Shown: one piece after another, positions 56,440 to 64,000 of the stretch
How positions within the stretch are numbered: position 1 is the first letter of the stretch
How the letters are laid out: each line of letters starts with the position of its first letter
Source of the DNA: the human T2T-CHM13v2.0 reference genome, Homo sapiens
NCBI RefSeq assembly: GCF_009914755.1
Contig: NC_060932.1
DNA: 64,000 nt
Reading direction: 5' to 3' (one strand)
Made by a program: the position numbers and the translations under genes
Notes under the pieces: generated by a model
Told to the model about the DNA's origin: nothing
What the model saw: the letters and a program-made list of their open reading frames with translations, nothing else
The model's database searches: none

Positions 56440-57120
56440 AAATCAAGTTATTTGTTTTCTTTTACTGAGTGGAGTTTTTTATGTGATATTATGGCTATTA
56501 GCCATTTATCAGATGTCTAGTTTGGAATTTTTTTCCTATTCTATAGATTGTCTTTTCATTCTGTTGATTGTTTCCCAAAGCTTTTTAGTTTGAGGTAACT
56601 CCATTTGTCAATTTTTGGTTTTGTTGTCTGTGCTTTTGGGGTCTTATCCAAAATATTGTTGCCTAGACCAATACAGTGAAGCTTTTCCCCTATGTATTCT
56701 TCTAGCAGTTTCATAGTTTATGGTCTAATACTTAAGTCTTTAATCCATTTTTAGTTGATTTTTGTGTATGTTGTGAGAAAAGGGTGTAATTTCATTCTTC
56801 GGCATGTAGATATCCAGTTTTGCCAAGCCAATTTATCAAAGATACTGTCTTTCCCCATTTTGTTGAAGGAGTAATTACAAATGATTTATTGTATAGCATG
56901 GTGACTCTAGTTAATAAAATTATTGTATTCTTCAAAAATGCTGAGAGAGTAGTTGTTAAGTTTTCTTATTACAGAATTCATAACCATGTTAGGTAATGTT
57001 CATGTTAATTAGCTAGATGTAGTCAAACCACAATGGATGTATAGTTCTAAATATCACCTTATATATGATAAATACATGCAATGTTACCTGTCAGGTTTTT
57101 AAAATGTAAAATAAAATAAT
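56440..57120 (+). mobile_element. L1MA-like element with 5' inversion (56440-56862 antisense, 56865-57120 sense 3' end)
   Basis: Antisense ORF2 piece joined to sense GCATGGTGACTCTAGTTAATAA... tail; TSD-like AATACTTAAATC / AATATTTAAATC. Confidence 0.75.
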
Positions 57121-57473
57121 AAGAATATTTAAATCCTAGTTTAAAAACAGTATTATGAGAAAAATTATCAATATTCAGAATTGTATGCACTCTGAGGAAA
57201 CAGATCATAATCTAATAAGTTCTACAACAGAGAGGATTTTTACAAAGTATTGTACGCAATTTTGTTAAAAATTATCTTTTACCATAAAATTCTCCTAAGC
57301 TTCAGGCTATTGAATCTACCTAAAATTTATTTTATGCAACTAATATAAAAGAGGGAGAAAATATATGCACAATAATGTTCAGTATTAGGTTAATTATTAT
57401 AATGAAAATGTGAAGCAATTTAAGAAGTCATCAAAAGAGGCCAGTTCAAGTACTTTTGAAAACAAACACATGA

Positions 57474-57930
<457 letters not shown>

Positions 57931-58089
57931 GTCTATCATCTGTCTGTATATATGTAAAAAGAGAATAAATGAAAATGGCAACAGTTATATTAGGGTGGTG
58001 GACATATAGTCAACTAATTTTCTTTATTGTTTCTCAAATATTTTACAACTTAATTATGGTATCTTTAAAGACATATTTTGAAAGTAAGA

Positions 58090-58580
58090 TACAGGAGACA
58101 TGTGCCAATTTTCTTTTCTTGGCTAGTGATTCTTTCTTTGGAAAATAACCTTATTCTACTCCATGTGATTCTGTGGACTTTTAAAATTATCAGATGATCT
58201 TTTTCTTTCACAGATGCCTAACATAATCTGGGTTGGCCAATCAAAATACTCCATCTCCCTGGAAATAATGAGTAACACTGGAGCAATCTAAGCTAAGAAT
58301 AATCAGTATTCATTTAGGAATTTATGTGAGTTATGTTGCTAAGGTCACTCTCTTTGCAGCAGGTTGATCAGTTAATAGAATGAGTCTTGGGCCATCACTT
58401 TTACCATTAAGAGAGTAGCAATAAGTGACAGTGGGAAAGAAACAGACCCTTTATTATAAAACTTGAATTCACCCATATCTGAAGTTTTTAGCTCTAGAGT
58501 TTTTCCTTACTTGAGTTAGTAGATTTCCATGTTTCTTAAGTTTATTTTTGGTTTATCTTCAAGACACAACATTTTGAGTA
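58090..58580 (+). mobile_element. Old MaLR LTR (MLT1K/L-like)
   Basis: TTGGCCAATCAAAATACTCCATCTCCCTGG...ATATCTGAAG...TTTCTTAAG. Confidence 0.45.
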
Positions 58581-58946
58581 GGAGATCAAAAAAAAATCAA
58601 CTAATGAATTAAAAGTTCTCAACATTTGAAATTCCAAAGACTGGGTCTTTAGTACCTTGGTTTCACCTCAGAAATATGAATTATATCATATGAACAAAAA
58701 ATAAAATGTTCTATTTCTTACACTGCTTAAAAGCAATGTTATTAATTAAGCTTATGTATTATTCTGAACTCAGTTATTTGTGTTTATGGAGAACATTAGT
58801 TACAATCTCTCTTCAGCACAACTACTAGTTTATTTTCATTTTCCAAGAATTACAAAATTTCCTGTTTTCTACTTCAACTTCTCTTGAGACAGAATGCAAA
58901 GAGAACACCATAATCATTGAAGCCAGCTGCTGTTAATCTATTTTAG

Positions 58947-59000
58947 GTGACAGATTCTGGGACATTGTGGCAAGAGTACATAAATGACACCTTTAGATAA
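58947..59000 (+). other. Candidate exon start (3' end undefined; coordinates run to the first in-frame stop)
   Basis: tgttaatctattttag| acceptor with branch-like TTAAT; frame 0 VTDSGTLWQEYINDTFR*. Confidence 0.35.
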
Positions 59001-59664
59001 TCCTAGAAGAACAAATTGCAAAACTATCACATAACTTTATTGAGCCAAGCGAAAAGAAAAGAACAAGATCAAACAGAACAAAAATGTTCGGAAAAATGTG
59101 AACAAAAGAAAGGGATTTATGGAAGTTATTTTTACAATGTTTCCGTATGGATCCTGACACAGCAAAAAAGATGCTGGAGTGCATAACACCTTTTTCAAGC
59201 TTTGTTGGCAGGCACTTCTCACTTGGGGGGAGCTTTATTTTATTAAATGGCTGTCAGGAAAGAAAAGGGTCTGCATTATCACGTTTTTCAGGAAGGGTAA
59301 TCTAGTGCAACAGCTGTTTGCCTTTGTATATTATTTGTAATTCTGTCTCTTCAAAGGTATATTTGGAGGCTTGATTTTGATTTACAGCATGTTATTGTAA
59401 ATGTAAAATAGATAATTGGTAATGTGCACAAAGAAAGTCTAGATTTCATACAATAACCATGTTATTTAGAAGAATACATGGAATTTAGAATTGTAACACT
59501 TTTCTATAGTTCTTTTAAAATGCACTAAAAGTGAATACTGCTGAAAATTATTTTTGGATGTAAAGCTTATATTAGCGACTTTTCATAAACAATGCATGAC
59601 TTTGAATTATGTGCTTCCTCTTTGATGAAATCTACAATGTAGATTGTATTATCTCTTTAAATGT

Positions 59665-59812
59665 CTTCCCTCTTCCCACCTGCCAAACCACTAGATTGTG
59701 AGCTCCTTGGGTGCAAGGATTATGGTTTATTTATTTTATTTATATTTGGAAACTAAGCATTTCACATCATATCTGACATGTATTATTTGATAACTATTTT
59801 CTGAATGACTGA
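59665..59812 (+). mobile_element. L2 3' end
   Basis: CCACTAGATTGTGAGCTCCTTGGGTGCAAGGATTATG...CTGAATGACTGA. Confidence 0.75.
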
Positions 59813-60603
59813 CAGTAAATGGAGAAAAATTTATTCTTTCAATGGTTGTCACTTGTTATCTGTGACAGATATTTTGTCTGCAGTTGCACATGATTTTATT
59901 TTAAATTCTGACTACTATATTTTCTGGTAGATAATATTAAAACAAACAAATAAACTGGAATTGGATTTAGACAAGCCGGAACTTGATTATATCCATATGC
60001 CTTTATGGAAGAATGGCTTAAAGAATGGCTCTATTTCATACCCATTTTCTCTAACTCATTCAGCGTTTCTTTAATTATATTCCACATAACTTTAAACCCA
60101 GGTTGTGCTAGATGACAAATGAACTCTATATCCAAGTACATTTGTAAATGTAAATGCTACTTGAGTTCTATATTGCCCTCCTGGAAATTCATATAGAAAT
60201 CATAAAATAAATGCCTTGAGAATATTTACTTTGTTTTACTGCATATAGTTTAACATGTTAAAACCATTGCTTGCCATTTTTTTGTACATAGAAATCTTTT
60301 TTTCTTCTAAAGTCTATTACCATCCCATGTTAATTATGAAGAAAACATATCAGGTTATGATATCCAATATATTTTAAGGTTATACTGGCGTTTTTACACT
60401 TGAATTTGCTCTAGGTTTTTGCTCGTTCCAATTGCCCCAACAATCTATTATGTAAATACCAATGTTTTTTGTTTAGGCAAAAAAGTAAAGAGTTTTTTCA
60501 CTTTCCTATATTCTACTGTATAAGATATACAGTATTCATCTTGAGCTGACTGGTCCTTTTTACTTCTCCAGTAGAAAACTCACTGAGCTAAGAGTTCCTA
60601 TAA

Positions 60604-60969
<366 letters not shown>

Positions 60970-62405
60970 CCATCTTTATAATTTCATCTTATGCTCTCTG
61001 GCAAAATTACCTAAAATATATTTGAAAAATATCAAAATTTTAATTATATTAGGTAGTCTCCCATGAGTTCTAAATCTGTTAGAATGGTTCTGGCATGTAT
61101 CCAGTAAAGGTGTTGATATTTGTTGATTATTTAATGTGGCATCCATTATCCTTATTCATTTTTCCTTGATTTCATGGGTTCTCCTATATTTTTGGAATTT
61201 CTTTGTTTGGATAAAAATGAAGCACAATTTTGGCACTACTGCAAGTCATTTCATTATGAATTTCATAATGCTTTTTCTTGGCAGAAATGAGGAACAGAGG
61301 ACCATTTAGAGTAGAGTAAGGTGCTTTAAGTGGGAAACTAATTGGCAGGTGGAATAGATATTTTATTTTGCCTTTGAGTGTACTGTCAGCAAAGAGCTAT
61401 TGAGATCACAATATTTCCTACACATGTAGAGGCACATTTCAAAGAACACTGTGAGAACATTGAGTTTCTGTCTGGGAAGTGGTATCAATTCCCTCTCTTT
61501 TGTAACCCTTTTGTAACCCATGCTCACTGTTAGTGTTATCTGCTGCAAAATATTCTATAATGAGATTAGCAAAATTTTAGGGACAAAGCTTTGAACAGCT
61601 CTGTCAGCTAGTTAGAGAACTCTACTATAAAATTAGAAATCACAGCTCATTGAGTTAAAAAAAAAATAAGTCGGGTGAACTTGCATGCTTTCATAACTTC
61701 TAAACTTTGGTATTGGGTATGAAAATAAAACAAGATTAATTTTGCCACAGAGTATCCTAGTACTTGAGTCCCTTTATTAATATTTTTATTGATTTTGTAC
61801 CAATTTTCTGAATTAAATTATCAGATTTTATTAGCCAATATACAGAACTTATTCTAAAATTATACAAAATTTTTCTAAGATTATACACAATTGTAATGAT
61901 GTTATAACTCAACCCAACGACTCACTGATCTGCAATTGAATATTACATGCAGTTAGCATTCAGAACCATTATTGTCTCACTAGCTCAGTTTTAACATTCA
62001 CTTGTTGGAAAAAGTGTTGGAAATATCATTTTTATTATTATTTCTTTTATTGTATTTCATGAGATTTAATTAAGAATACCAAATGAAATTTCATGGTATT
62101 TTGCTAAATATGCTCTTTGCATTCATAATGAAATCCAAGGAATATAAACTATCTATTTATAGTAGTTTCACATCCGATTCCTATTCCTTTTTCCTACTAA
62201 CTTATCAGAAGTGTTCAAGTCTCACAGAAGTAAATAAAATGAGATTAATCTGAACTCTTTAAAGGTCTGCTCAAACAAACAAGAAATAATCTGACCAACC
62301 CTTGAAACTATTTTATTTATTTCCATTTTACTCTCTGGTCTTACTAAGTCTCATAATTGAAGGGCCTTTTCTACTTTTCCTTTACACAAAACTTTTATGG
62401 AGACA

Positions 62406-62704
62406 TTTTAAAAAATTGAAATGGGGTCTTGCTCTGTCACCCATCTTAGAGTGCAGTGGCACAATCGTGTCTCACTGAAGCTTCTACCGTCTGTGCTCAA
62501 GCTGTCCACCCACCTCATCCTCCTGAATAGCTGGGACTACAGGTGCATGCCACCACACCTGTCTAATGTATTTTATTTTATTTTTTGTAGAGATGGGATG
62601 TCACTATGTTGCCCAGTCTGGTCTTGAAATTCTGGGCTCAGTGATCCTCCTTCCTTGGCCTCCCAAAATGCCAGGATTACAGGTATGAGCCAACATGCCC
62701 AGCC
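62406..62704 (-). mobile_element. AluJ (Jo-like)
   Basis: Diverged antisense dimer; TSD-like TGGAGACATTTT (62398-62409) and TGGAAACATTCT (62705-62716). Confidence 0.88.
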
Positions 62705-63559
62705 TGGAAACATTCTTTTCTTTTCCTTTTCAATTTTCCATTCTGAAAATAGTCTTAAGGCTTTAAGAAAATTACAACTGTAGAATATATCCTGTAATTC
62801 TTCAGTGGTTTGTACTTTCATTTCTTTATTTTAGTTTTGGTTTTAAAACTCCCCAGACAGTTCCAAAAATGTCAATCTTATTTAGTTTCCATGCTTTAAT
62901 GATTACACAAGATCTTTATAAAGTTTGGTTTATTGACTCCACCGAGTGAAATAGTGTCTATGTTCCTGGGTGTTGATTTGGATATGTATGCCACTGCTAA
63001 ATAAGAGCAATATTTAGAATTACTTCAATCCTCCAAAGACCTTAATTTTGACAATTTTTAAGACACCGGGGACTACTACAACTTGAAAGGGTACAGAGAA
63101 CTGAATTGAGGGATCTCAAATCTACGTCTAGGCTCTAAGTAAAGAAATCAAAAGGTATGTGAAGACCACTACATTTTCACTGCCTCATATGCTTACTTTC
63201 CTAATGCAAAAAGTGGCTTTTTTTGTTTGTTTTTAAAAAGAACTTGAAACATGTGTCTTGAAAGACCTAGGCAACAAAGGAGGTCTCATCTGAGAACTTA
63301 AATGTCAGCTGCTATCTAGCAGTGATACCAAGAAAATAACAAAACCAAATCACTTGTTAGGGATGTATAAAACCTTAAGATAGTTGGAAGGATGCCAGCC
63401 TGATTCCAGCACATTAGTTAATGAGAAATAATGATGAGAAAATTTACTGGAAGCAATTGTTGAGTCAGTCACTCTGAGAAATAGATGGCGTTGTGCTGGG
63501 GATACTGTATTACCTGGAGACATACTTTCCAGGGTAGGACAATGTCAGGCTTACTGCTG

Positions 63560-63840
63560 AAAATCTCTCTATCAAAGCTTCTCAAAATCTATTGAAAATA
63601 TCCCCTTTTAGGTGCTCCCACATCATCATCATTGGAGCAGCACTGTCATATTGACTATCACACTGTCATGTAAGTTACCTCTTTATATAACTTATCAAAC
63701 AGTACTCTATGGTAAGGCATGAATTATGTCTGTTCTCTTCCCAATGTTTACCACAGTGTTGGATATATTAAGAAATCAGTAAACATTTTGCCTGTGCAGG
63801 AGTGAAGAAATGCAAGCACGATTGGTTATAATAGCTGAAT
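63560..63840 (+). mobile_element. L2 3' end
   Basis: ...ACTCTATGGTAAGGCATGAATTATGTCTGTTC...CCACAGTG...CAGTAAACATTTTG. Confidence 0.45.
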
Positions 63841-64000
63841 AAGAGACATTGCCTTATTCATTTCTCCATCATTTCTTTAGCTATTCTTAAACATCATTCC
63901 AAAAAAGCCATTCAATGAAAAGTTTTCTGGGCTTCTGCCCCAGGAATTCTGTTTCAATAATTATGAGATAAAGCCTAGGAAGTTTGACTTAAAGAAATTT

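Noticed and set aside
61252-61270. CATTATGAA-T-TTCATAATG palindrome
   Set aside because: A 9-bp AT-rich arm is expected by chance in 64 kb of AT-rich DNA.

Overview
AT-rich, CpG-poor primate (most likely human) genomic DNA, about half interspersed repeats: Alu (J/S/Y), L1 (L1PA, L1PB, L1MA, L1MC), L2, L3, MIR, solo LTRs (LTR54-, LTR47-, LTR27-, MER54-like, MER11, MLT2A, MLT1) and hAT MITEs. I recognise no protein-coding gene, RNA gene, CpG island or CRISPR array. The ORF-track entries with recognisable homology are L1, Alu or LTR remnants. Three things stand out. (1) At least three pieces of local sequence were copied 1-2.5 kb away (23516-23647, 24946-25615, 41915-42077), alongside several snap-back or iterated micro-duplications, suggesting a locus repeatedly patched by templated DNA repair. 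(2) A near-full-length antisense L1PA7 has a MER11 LTR in its 5'UTR, an open ORF0-like frame and a near-consensus splice donor pointing toward a chain of + strand exon candidates; the last two would splice into a 40-codon ORF. (3) Three L1s have twin-priming inversions. Subfamily names come from recalled consensus sequences and identities were counted by eye, so both need RepeatMasker/alignment confirmation.
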